DNA of 64,000 nucleotides from Owenia fusiformis (Eukaryota): NCBI GenBank assembly GCA_903813345.2, contig CAIIXF020000001.1, positions 47,678,001 to 47,742,000 of the forward strand, read 5' to 3'. Shown piece by piece: positions 27,105 to 40,142 of this stretch (position 1 is its first letter; each line of letters starts with the position of its first letter). The notes under the pieces were generated by a model. It saw only the letters and a program-made list of their open reading frames with translations, ran no database searches and was not told where the DNA came from. The position numbers and the translations under genes were made by a program.

Positions 27105-28428
27105 TATGAGATACAATGATATATAATATATATATATTTAAAAATGTAGCATCTCAGTTTTATAATATTGTTTCGCAAAGAGTTTCGCAAACAACTTTGC
27201 GAGCTGTTTACGTCAACATTTAATCCCAATATTTATTTTCAAACCATCGTTTCTACCGTACTCAGTGTGTATGAAGTTATGAAATGTGAAAAATACACCA
27301 ATATAATAAACTCTTTGTAAAAAAAGAATCATGAAACTGACATTAAAATTATCATAGTGCGGATCTTTGTCTGTACTGCGATATCCACCAATTAACAGAT
27401 CGAATAAAAGGTCTAGATCTATCTAAAAACAATAAGGAAGTGTTTTTTTAAAAATACATTTACGAATTCAACAATCTTCGTATCGTTTGCTAATGATAGA
27501 AGCGTACGTTATCTTTATTATGTGGTAATGTGGTAAGCTCTAGGATGATATACGAACATATCTAACGATAAGTGGTTTAATCAGAGCTGCACTTCAAGTA
27601 CTCTGATATCTCTCTTAGTCCCGTTCACGAAGACTAGAAGAGCGTAGACCCTAGGAGGACCAAAGGAGGGACGTATTCGGTAACAGCAAACACTTATATC
27701 ATGAGAAGTACTGATTAATATATCATAAATATTTGAAGATCGCAGATTGCCATCGATGAAATACAGCAATGCTTATTAAACTATAGATAGCTGTTAATCT
27801 AAAAGTCAAACATTACAGGACATCTCTAGGTAGAGCTGAAGTTTTACAGGCGCATTCCTATCAAAATCTATCTAACCTGGGCAACATTATAATTAGAGAA
27901 ATGTCACTTTAAAATTGACTAGATATAAGCATTATTACGACACGTACTTTTACTTGTCGTCGCAAATCAGCGCTGACCTTTAAATCAATAACGTTGCCCG
28001 ATTTCAAAAAATTACAAAGATGATCATTTGAAGTAGAAGAGACAGAATGAAAAATGTTGGAAGCAACATTTTCAAAAAAGCATGCAAATACTTCCCATGC
28101 GATCATAATTTCATATCTGATTTTTTTTTTAGATATTTAATCAAATATGCAGAAGCTGTTGAAGATTAAAGGCATAAATGTTTCATTAAGATATATCCCG
28201 TATCCTGATTTTGAGGTTTCCATATCCAACCTCCATATCTCCGGCTCCCGGGCATATTTTCCCGCTTTAAAAAAATTGAAAATAAATCGCAAAAAAAGTT
28301 GAAAAAAACAATTTTGAAATAAATGTGAAAAAAATTTGAAAAAAAAATTTTGAGACAAAAATTGAAAAAAAATATGCATATTATGTCCCTCTGGATAAAC
28401 CCCACATCCAAAACCTCCCAGTACATAA

Positions 28429-28652
28429 CCCCTAAAACCAAAAAGTGGGCCCAAATTTTGAAATTTTGAGGCCCATTTTCTTCAAAATTTGGCCTGAAAT
28501 TAAAAAATAAGGCCTTACAAGCCCCAGTAATGACCAAAGAGGACCATTTTTTAGGGTCTGAAGGCCTTTTTTGGCCCAAAACTTTTTTTGGGCCCAATTT
28601 TTTTTCTGGGCCCACCCTAGGGGGGGGGGCGGGCCCCCCTAATCCGCCAGTG
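28429..28652 (+). repeat. Interspersed GC-tipped repeat, copy 3 (5'-truncated)
   Basis: Aligns by eye to ~3376-3616 (cccctaaaaccaaaaa...ttttctgggcccaccc...atccgccagtg). Confidence 0.75.
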
Positions 28653-29797
28653 TACAGTGACTACTACTTGGGGGACTTGGCTTAACAAGTCTAAGTAACA
28701 TTAATGTTTGGCCAAAATACTATATCTTCCTTCTAAAAATTAAATGAATTGAGACATTTGTAAGGGAATACACCATTGTTATGGAAACTATGTGCTTTTC
28801 AAAAATCACCAAATGTTTCCCCGATTCTGTTCTTTGCTAAAACCGTTATAAACCCATCGGCTATTTTAGAGAAATTCTTGATAGTACTGTTACGTAATCT
28901 ATTAATCAAGTCATTATCGCAGGTATTACGTAATATGATAATTGAGTGTGTATCAAATGGGATCATATTCGGAGTCTGGACTCGCAGAGTAAAACTTCAT
29001 TGATTTAAGAAAGTCCTTTTGCAATCTAATATGTTTATTATAGACTCGAACCAGGGTTTGACTCAGTTATGAGCGCAATCAGAGTTTTATGTACCTAGTA
29101 GGCACAATTAATAACTTTATGAAATGCGATAAGTCGACACATAAGATAAGAGAGATCACTTCAAACTAAGAGAGTTATCTCTTGTCACATAGCTTCTATT
29201 TTGGACAGGTCTTAACACAAAGTACGCATGCCGGCAAGTTATATCATGTACCTTAATATAACAATTACGCATGTATTTTTTATGACACTACTTATGATGA
29301 AATCTTTCGAATTCACGGGATGCCGATACTTTGCACTGTTCTAACATACATGTAAATGTTGAAGTGTTTTCTCAGGTATCATTTTGATCTATTGACACCC
29401 ACATACGTGTGTTTTAATAGTTTTACATATCAAAACAGGTGTTACGTTTTTTCTAACCCACGGGGGCGCAATTGAAATTAAAAGAACCCAAAGCATCCTC
29501 GTTCTCGCCAACGGAGCAATTAAAAACACCAAACTGCTACCACATTGACTTTGTATAGGTTAAACGAGGTCCCACTTTTCAGTTTTTGTCTAAATTGCAT
29601 GAGCTAATGTGATTTGTTTTCTGTTATTCAAAATGTTATGGATTATTTCAGAATTTCCCTAATGCCCTTAGCAAGTGATAAGCCTCATAATTCGATACCT
29701 CATAAATTTCGCCAATTTCTAAAAGGTTTCTAAACTACTAAGACAAAAAGCTGTTACTGGCCTCCTAGACTTCCACTAACGCGATCATCTGTTCCAG

Positions 29798-30128
29798 TGT
29801 AAAAGGGTAGGAGGTTCTCTCAAATTATGGTCCTACTCTCCATTGATTTATATGGTGACCTAAATACAACACTTTCCTTATTATCTTATACACAATCAGG
29901 GCCAATAAGGGCCGTTTAGAAAGGGGACCATAATCCCCACGGGACCATAATTATTTCTTTCACACCGGTGTAAAGGGGTAGGTGGTCCTATCAAATTTTG
30001 GTCCTACTCTCCATTGATTTATATGGTGACCTAAATACAACCCTTTCCCTTATTATCTTATACACAATCAGGGCCAATAAGGGCCGGGGGACCATAATCC
30101 CCAGGGGATCAGAATTATTTCTTTCACA
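29798..30128 (-). mobile_element. Head-to-tail dimer of the Ginger1-like MITE
   Basis: CCAG|TGT..ACA (29798-29964)|CCGG|TGT..ACA (29969-30128)|CCGT. Each unit is the reverse complement of 8556-8720. Confidence 0.78.
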
Positions 30129-33100
30129 CCGTACTCGCGGACTGTGTTCCTGCCACCCGGACCACGAGTCCCACAATGCGAATATGAGGCAAATATTCTA
30201 AATGAAAGTCAATAATATCTATATGCACATGTAGGAAGTTATCTCAGTTAGATATCCGACTTTGGACATTATTATTAATAATTACCAAGATAGTGTCTAA
30301 ATGGATTCTCAATGTTTAAGTCGTGTTAGAAAATAGTTCCAACGGGCTTTAAAAACTTAGCGAGCGGGTGTGACATCATTACACTTCCTGTCGTGTATTT
30401 CGGAGTTTCGTTTACGAGCCAGCGTCAATTGAATGGAATTGTCAGGAGCAAGTTATATGTCTCCGTGACATTAAGTTTTCACGCCATCAGCAACGAAATC
30501 ATTTCTGATCGGCATCTATTTATCCATTAACGTCAATCAGACGCGTGCAAAGTCAATTAATGATAAATCACATCCCGTTAATTAATATATATGTCGGTAA
30601 GGTACAGTATGACCAGAGGATAGTGTCTCAGGCACACTTTGTACATGCAAATAACATAGATGTTCGTACAGCATGCGAATGACAACAAAGGGCAATATTA
30701 CACAGCCCGGATAATAACGTAACAGCCGATGCGATGACTATAACACTACTGTAGTATGGCAATATGAAATCAGTTTAAGTACACGGTTTGTTAAAATATT
30801 TCGTACATGTCAAATAATTCGTTTCCCTTTTTACTGTATAATTTATTTCTAATGGTACTCCTTTGGGAAAACATTCATAAGTTAATTTGGACAAATACAT
30901 GGTCCATTTCATTAGTTTTTTATCAATTAAAATCACATACACATATTTGCATAACTGTGATAAAGACCTACTTGAAGGATGATATCAGCCAACTTTTGTC
31001 ATTTACACAGATAAGTTAGTTTGATATGATTAATGTTACTTGTATCTTCATCATGTCTTAGCTTCTTCAGTATATACATGTTCTTTGACATGCATTTAAC
31101 ACACTTTAAGGCTATCGTAATTATTGATTTGGAATTTGTATTTGCAATGGTGCAATATTATATGGACAAATATAAACATTTGTAAAACAGACTTTTCGTA
31201 ATTTTTGAATTGGATCTTGTAGTGTAGTTTGGCTACCACATGTGTGAGCTCTCGTATGTTGATGCTTATTTGCTTTGTTGTTTATGAAGCATGGACTCAA
31301 AATAAACATTCGACTGAAACCCTCAAAAGTACAAAAAGTCACAGATATATACAGCCCATTCTTTAAACAAAATTGTTTTAAACTCAGAACTCAACCACGG
31401 TACTAGTGTGACATCTATTGATTGAAGGAAATTTTATTGATACAAAGTAGATTCCAAAATAAAAGTGAAAGTTTGGAAATGGGCACTGTGATGGTACAAT
31501 TAATATCAACATGGTTTAATGTCAACATCGTACTCCCCGAATGAGAATGGCCTTCGAGGCTGTCATACCCTGCGCCCAGAGTCTAGTTACAAACTACCGA
31601 AGACGAATCTCTCTTTTAAGAAGCGAATTCGAATGCATGTAAAAGGTAACTTAAGGTTGTCAATGGATGGCGAAAATCCAGTGGCTGTACATCTAAGAAT
31701 TCTTCAAGATACTTATGACGTACACGGACCTGGGGACAATTAGAGAAATACGGCCTAATGTCACCTTTAAACGTTAATACCCGCCTAAGTAAAAAACCTA
31801 AGCATGTGTTTCATATATCATTTTGAAGCATTTTTATGCGTGTTACAGTGATACTATTTTTGCTCGAAAATTTCGATGTGATCTGCCATTTGTTTAAAGT
31901 TAAAACTACCCCAACATCGAAAAATACGTTGTAAGACGTAACACTTTACCCTTAACCGGTTCGTTGGAATTAGGATAACTTTTGAAATAATAATCAGAAT
32001 CCCATGAAATTTTCACATTTTGTTCAATTGACCATGTGTATTTATGACGTCATAATTGCCTAACGGCTACAATTCAAATTTTCTTATTTGGACGCTTGCT
32101 ACAATTTTTAAAATTATGTAAGGTTTTTCATTCGAAGGGGACAAGCGATAAGTTTACCTTAATTTGACCTTCTTATTTAGATTTGATTTGAATGAAAAAT
32201 TAACTGCACAATATTGTCACGGCGAAATTTACAAAACAATAACCGGATTGTTTATTTTGGAAATAATATTAAAATAAGAGCTGATTTTCGAGACTTGAAA
32301 AAATGTGACGCACCGTTTTTTTACCCCAAATTCCATACATATCAATTTTCACGAACGTCCCAAGTGGATTTCCCGACCGTTTTTCAAAATTCAAAATCAT
32401 TTTAGAAATATTGTCCTCGAGATCTTGCTACCCTGTGAATTTTATCGTGATAAGATAAGGATAAAGGATTTTATTTTGAGGTTGACTAAACTTGAAAAAA
32501 ATGTGACGCTCGTCGATTTTGACGTTGTAATGCTGTTTGCGCCCTATACTGCTCATTGTTTTGTTTTGGTATTTTGACGCCATAATGTTACCCTAATTGT
32601 CCCCAGTTTCGTGCGACGTGTAACTCCAATTTCTTGAAATGGAATCTTTGAACATGTAAATTAAGGAATACAATGTAGAGAAAATTTATATTAAAGGCAG
32701 AATCAGATCTAGCAATTACTTTGCTTACTTTGGTGCTCCACAAAATCGTTTCAATTTTAGAATATTTTGGGCTCAAAGATCCTTTGTCATGTCTATTTTC
32801 TAAAAAATACCCCAAGTATATACTTTATTTGAGGAAAACTAAAGAGTTTTACAAATAATGAAAACATCTGTCTTTTAAGAATGGTTACCATAACGGTTAC
32901 AATTCTTATTATTTGGGAGAATCTAAATATTTTCCCCCCATTTTTGCACTTTGAATCTTAAATAACTTCACCAACTGACAACATATCACGGATCTTTTGG
33001 GAGATATTATATCTGAGCTTGTAAGAAACACATGGTAGATCAATTGTACATATCTGATTCCTCTAAGTGCCATCTATATAGATTCTTAAGGCAGTTAGTA

Positions 33101-33649
33101 CCCCACCCAAAGGAGAAACTATATCAGCAGCTAGTTTCAGCGCAAAGAAGAATTTTGATATCAACACCGTGCATACACTCTCAAAGCACGGTGTTCAAAC
33201 GAGACGAATTGACATCCACCATGTATTCTTTCAATTCGCTGATATTTGAGGTACTGTTCAATAGAGTCTTTTCCATATAGCTTTGAAATCTCGGTAAACC
33301 TTCGTTTTAATGAGATTTTAGGAGATCTGCATTTTTACAATTAAAGACCCATGCTGCCATCTATTTTCCCATTTATATAGAAAATGGTCAATGATTGGCA
33401 CCTCAAGGAAATGAAATAATGAACTGCTGAGTAAAGAATATCTAAATATTTATTGATTCAACAACTTTACATTCAGTTACACGATATATGAAATAAACAT
33501 AGTAAAATCATTTATAAAATATATATACATATATAATTGTATATGGACGGAAATAAGATCCTGATATTCTTTTAAGTGTCTATAGCACGGTTGATTGTCC
33601 TGCACACATACTGTAGTAGTAGTCTGTCATCATTGAATTGACCAGCCTG

Positions 33650-36386
33650 TTAGCAGAACCTGAAAAGGTTTAAATAATTTATGTATAATGTAATTGAAAA
33701 CCCAGAAACGTCTGTAAGAGAGCTTTCGGTTAATTATTCATAAACAATGTCAACTACATATGGTATGAATATTCGATTGAAATAAATACTCAAATCGTTG
33801 TTCTTTTCTTCAACAACGCTAATTTTGCCCCACACTTTTTATTTTGCAATATATACATGCCTTTACACTGAGTAGTAGCATTACACTAACATTTCACTTA
33901 TCATCACGTTTAGTTTAATTTTTCAGTTTATCTTTTCCAACCATTTCTATTGACAATTAAATCATTTGCAATTTCTTAAATGATTTTCTAATTGTGATTG
34001 TGAAGTAACTTACAAACAAACCAAACTGACAAAACCGTCAGTGAAAGCTGTGAATGTAAAATCAGAATATCACCTATGGCATGACATGAAATTTAAGAAA
34101 AATAGTGACCATTTTTCAGGTTACAATTTGCTCCGCTGAACCCGATACATCATTTTCAAGATGGTTGGCGAGATGTATCATGCTTTTCCTGTGAAGTGTA
34201 GTGTATTTCCTGTGTACTGTATATTGCAAATTAAAGGTTTTAGGGCAACATTAGCTTAATTGAACGATCTGTACATTTTATACTTTTACGTTGTTTACAT
34301 ATAGGCTCGCTTGATGTAAGCGAAATATTCCTTACCCACAGGTCAGCTGACAGAACTCGCTAGTGAAGTTATAGAGGTTTGAGGTAGAAGAACAGCCACC
34401 CAGGACGTTCCATATGGTGCATGAATAGTTGGACGAGATGTCGTAACATGCTGTTGAGCATAAAATAAAACTGGTTATAATTTTCTGAAACTATCTGATA
34501 TGTATACGATATTATGTAATACGACAAAGAACAGTGAGATTTAGGCCGTGCTAACAAAAATACTCATACTAGACTACACTATCTTGTCTTGCCTCAAGAC
34601 TGTAGACCTGACTCTTATCTAAACAAACATTCTTGTAATCACAGTCTGACCACATGTGCTGCCCTCCAGATCACCTGAAGTTATTAGAGTAGATAGTCTA
34701 TGGTTTTGATATGCATTATGATCTTTCTTACCTGGAAATGTTGGCGCAACGACAGGCTCTCTATCAGAACACTCCAAGACGGGGCAGCATCCCGGAAATG
34801 CTTGGGCAGTGTCGGCTGTCTCTTCGCAGTTAGTGGTGTCTGGGTTCTCATTCACCCCCAGCTCCTGGCACCTAAATTCGACAGTTTTAAGAGTCATTGT
34901 AACAGCTTAACGATGGGAGGTGAATTTTGAATTAATAGTGGACGTACAATGTTCGATATCCGTTATGACATATTTTATGTTGAAGAATTCAAAAATACAG
35001 TATTAGCATCGATATACAATGGTTTTTCTTTAGAAAGCGAAAACCTACGTGTGTGAGATGACAAAGTTGGCTGCAACTCCATGAAAACAAATGTATCTGT
35101 CACAAGATCCTGATGCAGTGGACCATTCGTCCAGATGAGTTCTTTCTGCTCCGGTACCATCGGTGCATCCAGTGCCTGAAAGGGTCATATGGGTCGTTAA
35201 AGGAAAGCTTTTGTGTCACTACACGTTCTTATACACACTATATTGTATTTGTAATTGTTGGCACTTGGCATAGATGCAGTAAAAAAACTGAACAATTCAT
35301 TTGATGTAATATTTCTGTGATAAGCAATTCTTGACTTTGGAATTCATCATTCAACTGTACTATACGTGTGTATTATATAATTGATATCATAGCTAGAGAA
35401 CAATAGAATTATTGATTTATATATTTACAAATGCTTATGGAAAATAAATCTAATAGTACCCCCATGAATGTGGGGGTGTTTTGCCTTTTTCTTATTTTTG
35501 ACATTCAGTGATAGCAAAACTCCCCCACAAATGTTAGCCATTAAAATCTTGTAGTTGGACAAAATGATGGACATATACCTCGATATAAATGCTGAATAAA
35601 TGCCGATATGAAGCATTGTTTCCAGTATAATAATTGGGAAAAGTGTTTTGTAAAGGAAAACAAGAGAATGCATTGGTAAGGAAAATGCTAACATAAGAGC
35701 TGATTTTCATCTTCAATTCATCAAGGTGTCCAAGTAAAAATTGGTGGACAATAGGAACATTTTCAAGACCCAGATATAAATGCTGAAAAAAAGGCAGATA
35801 TGCAGCATTGTTTCCAGTAATCAATCTCTTATTACATCGATAAAAGTGTTTTGCCAAATAGAAAACTGCTGACATAGTTCAGATTTTCATCTTTAAGGTA
35901 TCCAACTACACAATTTGGAATTGGTTTCAGCTGTGGGTGAGGTTTGCCTTATCAAAGCAAAAAATTAAAAAAGCAAACCGAACCCACGTTTATGGCCTGG
36001 GGGTAATCTAATAGCTGACATTTTATATATGCTTTTTTCTTTGGGATGTTCATCTGTCGTGAATGATGACTTAATTACAGACAGGTATTTCGATTGTTAT
36101 TTCGACCTTGTGGTATGAACAGTCTTGAGATAAAATGCACATCCATATAATATCTTCATATCAACAATTGGCAATAACAAAAACAATGCAGTTTCAACGT
36201 CTGTTTTGATTATGAAAGTCGAGTAAACGGCTTACCTTCACCCAGTTTCTCCTTAAAGACGATATAGTTGAGAGCGTCAGAGTTAATCAGCGTCGACGTG
36301 ATAAAACAAAGGACAACGCTGAACCATGTTGTATTAGAAAGAATGTCTTTCCATCTCCACGGTCGTTTCGACCTTACTGCCGCCAT
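33650..36386 (-). CDS. Secreted Cys-rich protein: single-domain VWC (SVWC/Vago-like) plus C-terminal ShKT domain; join(36386..36236,35175..35049,34871..34732,34450..34336,33659..33650), 180 aa
   Basis: All four introns are GT-AG with matching phases (1,2,1,2). Translation: MAAVRSKRPWRWKDILSNTTWFSVVLCFITSTLINSDALNYIVFKEKLGEGTGCTDGTGAERTHLDEWSTASGSCDRYICFHGVAANFVISHTCQELGVNENPDTTNCEETADTAQAFPGCCPVLECSDREPVVAPTFPACYDISSNYSCTIWNVLGGCSSTSNLYNFTSEFCQLTCGFC. 8-Cys module ending FPGCCPxxxC, then a 6-Cys module ending CxxTCGFC. Start context CAAGATGGCG; AATAAA ~200 nt past the stop. Confidence 0.85.
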
Positions 36387-37684
36387 CTTGGATTATATTT
36401 CGCCTTTGCTTTATATATAAGTAACGTATTAAGGTCAAAGTACGAAAGCTGTATAAACTTAGTGGATAAGACCCATAAGTACTTTGTAAGTTCTATGACT
36501 GCACTTAATAACCATTTCAGTGTTCAATTTTACCCTTAATCATGTTTCTCTTTATTTTGTAAACGCTCGTCCATTCAAATTTGTCATCAAGACCAATATA
36601 GGAGAGATTTCTGATAACATGAAAAGTCACGAGCTTTGTATTACTGTTATTCCAGGAATTGTTCAAATCAAATATGCATTTATTCACACAGCAATCGATT
36701 TTTCTTGGCATTGTACATTCGTATTTATATTGAACAATTGGAGGTTATGTAACCACACACTGTTTCTTATCACGGCAACCTACCACAATGTTCCCGTTCT
36801 TTTCCGTGTATAGTTTTACAATAACAGATATCTATAAAATTTCAAAAGTGTCAAAAATGTTTTTGTGATCTAGATTTAAAATTTGTCAAAATAGGAATAC
36901 CGTTAACAAGAAATATAAAGTTTATCTTACAATGATTCTTTCATATAAATGATGGACAAACAAATATACCCGGCGGCCTCTTGGTGTCTACTTTGTGATG
37001 AACTTGATGTCAGTAAAAATGCATGAACCGTTGCTATAATTTGTTTTAAAAAGATAACTGTTAATTATTTGGAAAACACTCGTTAATTAGATAATACAAA
37101 TACTCTATACTAAAGTCCACCCTTATTCTACCTGTTAATATCAAATTTAACTCCACTAATACCCCAACAGGTCGTACTACACACATTACTAATGGCGTAA
37201 GTAGTTAAAGAATTCCGATTTATGTCACTTTAAATAAAAGCTGGTTTATATTTGAAACAAGGCACTAACACGCAAAATGCACAGCTCGGACGCCAACCGC
37301 TTTCACAAAATATGGACACGAGAATGATATGTAGAAAATAAATACTAGGCGCATTTGACATTTTTTGTTATCCTATATATATTGTCTTACTTTTAATAAA
37401 AAGTTTGCGACTCATTAATGTTGGTAAACAAATCTCTCCAATCGATCATGAATAATCGATATGTCACTGTATTTGTTGCATAGAAATGTAGAATAATTTT
37501 ATTTTATTTTTAATTTGAATCATTATTCTAAACTTGTCTGGAGTAAGCATTGTTGTCAATATCACCATATTTAGTCACTTTAGATCTCTAAAAGGTCTAC
37601 ATACACTTTAAGCTGTATAGGAAGTTTTATTTCCATGCATAAACTGCATACATATTATACATTATAACACTATACTGGACATCA

Positions 37685-39414
37685 TTAACAATTTGTATTC
37701 TTTCTCCTGTAAGTGAAGGTGATTGGTCTTGGACCAGCTCCCATGATTTGCCTCTGCACCTGGCACCCGGCGCTACAATACAAGAGACAAATAAAAGCGC
37801 ATGTGTAAAATGTTCACCGTCCAAAGATCAAATGATCACGTGCTGATAGAAACAGTGACAGTCACATCATGACAAGAATACTTTTTACACCAGACGTAAT
37901 CCATCAACTATATATTGGTACATTATCAATTCTGCTCAACCGATGCTTCTTCACTCTCAATAAAAAACGAACACACATCCTCTTAGGTATGGTTCTACGC
38001 TACTTCATAGTGTGTCATATTCGACCGTAAATAAATAATTCCCCCATTATTATATCACTGTCATATTCCTCATTCTCTGATTGATCTATGTGACTATGTG
38101 ACTCAAATTGAGAAGAGATCGGTATTCAAAGGCTGTACACATGACTATGAAATATCAAATGATATTCATCCTCCTAGGCAGGTGTCCAGAATCCGCACCT
38201 CCTTCAAAAAGAAAGAATATATTCTGGATTTTGAAGCCTTGTGATCGGAGGATGATGATATTCAACAGTTGCTACTTTGTCCAGTGTAACTTTGATTTTA
38301 TAAATATCTCCAGGGAGTATATTGTTATTGCTAATTAGGCATCAATAGTTTGTTGTTCCATTAATGTGAATGAGGACTATAAAACAAATATTAAATTATA
38401 TTTTGACACTTTCACAAAATGATCCAGCTGTCCTTCGAGCTTCATGAAATACCACTTGTGAAAGATGCACAGGCATTGCCCTCAATAGAATTAAATATTT
38501 GGTATATACATGTATATTGTTTCTCCATCAAAGAACGCCATGCCATTTTGCAAGCAGTGTTGTGCGTTGCAAGAGAAAAAGATGAATTGGATTTCCGATT
38601 GTTCTTACCTAGCAACGCCACTGTCACGTCCCAAAGTTCTCACTCTGGCTGATCTTCCATTGGGGCATGACACTGTGCACCACCACTTCCATCTCCAAGC
38701 AGAGATATGTCCCCTTTGCTTCCAGGGGCAAACCATCAGTTTCCCGTCCTTAGTGAGGACCCTGAGCTGTGGACAATGGAATTTATAGAATTGGACGTCA
38801 TTTATCACTTTGATGACATAACTTATGAAATACTCACTTTTTGAAAAAAACTGATTAAAGAAGTCTATGCTAATAATCCAGAATATATATAAAGATACAA
38901 AAAGGGATAATGGAAGATAAGGGAAGATGCGAGAGATGTTTGATGACTGTCATACACATTTGCGCATGCTCAAACAAATGTTAATGGTAACTAGTGAAGT
39001 GTCTGCTCTTGGCTTCTTCTTTGTGTTATTAGAAAACTAAATTTGCAAAGCAAGACTAAATCGTTATCAAATACATAGTACTGATCCAAATGATAGCAAT
39101 AACAATGTGCCTACATATTCTGAAGATATTATACAAATAACTGTTTTAATTTGAACTGGATCGGTACTTACACTTCCTCTTCTTGTAGTGATGACTTTAA
39201 TCACGTCAGCAACATCCTCGATTATTCCAACAATTGTATCAACTTTTCCAAGAATATAAGTCTTAGGGATGGCGTCCGTAACGAGTCGTGCGGCTTGGCC
39301 TTCTACCAAATCTTCGGCAGGTGCATCTGATACAGTAACCTTGATGTCGGTGTCGGAATACCACTCGGCAGAGCAAATGCCTACCAGGGCAAGGGAGATA
39401 AGGAGCTTCCACAT
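37685..39414 (-). CDS. Secreted protein with anti-lipopolysaccharide-factor-like C-x20-CP loop; join(39414..39172,38766..38609,37772..37685), 162 aa
   Basis: Signal peptide MWKLLISLALVGICSA. GT-AG introns with phases 0 and 2 join in frame: ...VITTRRGS-LRVLTKDGKLMVCPWKQRGHISAWRWKWWCTVSCPNGRSARVRTLGRDSGVA-SAGCQVQRQIMGAGPRPITFTYRRKNTNC*. AATAAA ~55 nt past the stop. The gene model is well supported; the ALF label is motif inference. Confidence 0.78.
38167..38254 (+). mobile_element. Tiny ~90-bp MITE, copy 2 (in intron 2 of the ALF-like gene)
   Basis: ATGATATT|CATCCTCC...GGAGGATG|ATGATATT; body closely matches 24184-24275. Confidence 0.75.
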
Positions 39415-40142
39415 GTTGCTACACGAAAGTTTTGATATTAATTTATTAAAATTAAAATATCTGTACTAGTGTGTAAACGGAACTGCAGCTCTCAATAAAG
39501 GATGGACAGTGTTGGTACAATGTCGACATCAACGTTGTAAAATTCAGAGGGGTCCCTATTTTGTTGTCACAGTTTACATTGTTATAGTTACAATGCCATG
39601 GAATCTTTTCGCATTTTGAAAAAATATAAATGTTATAACTAATAAACCAAAGTTATATACGATACTATACAAAAGTTCTCAATTCTCTTTAGCAAAATGA
39701 AATAATTGACTCAAATGTGTATAAGTTTAGAAAAAAGACATGTCTATATAAAATAAGCACCGATGTCTAATTTGCTTTGGGCTTATCAGACACAAAAAGC
39801 ATGTTGAATACTTTACCTCAGGAACTTTTCTGATTTTCGTGCGAGATATGTGTTATATGACTGTGTAATAACACGTTGCCTTCAACTTGAACGGGTGTGC
39901 TTGTCGAGTGGCTGGGATCAATTTGAATATTAGCATTCATACTAAGGCTACGAACAATCCTGAAACATGTGCAACTGACATTGCTTTTTATATTATAATC
40001 ATTTATTAAAATAACTTGACAAAGCTTGTTGAAAACTATATATATTAAGAACATTTTCGATAACTCGTTATCAACGCCATCAATCGACTAGTTCAATGCA
40101 GCCTGTTCAATGCAAGACAAGATTGTTGACCACTCAGTATGG

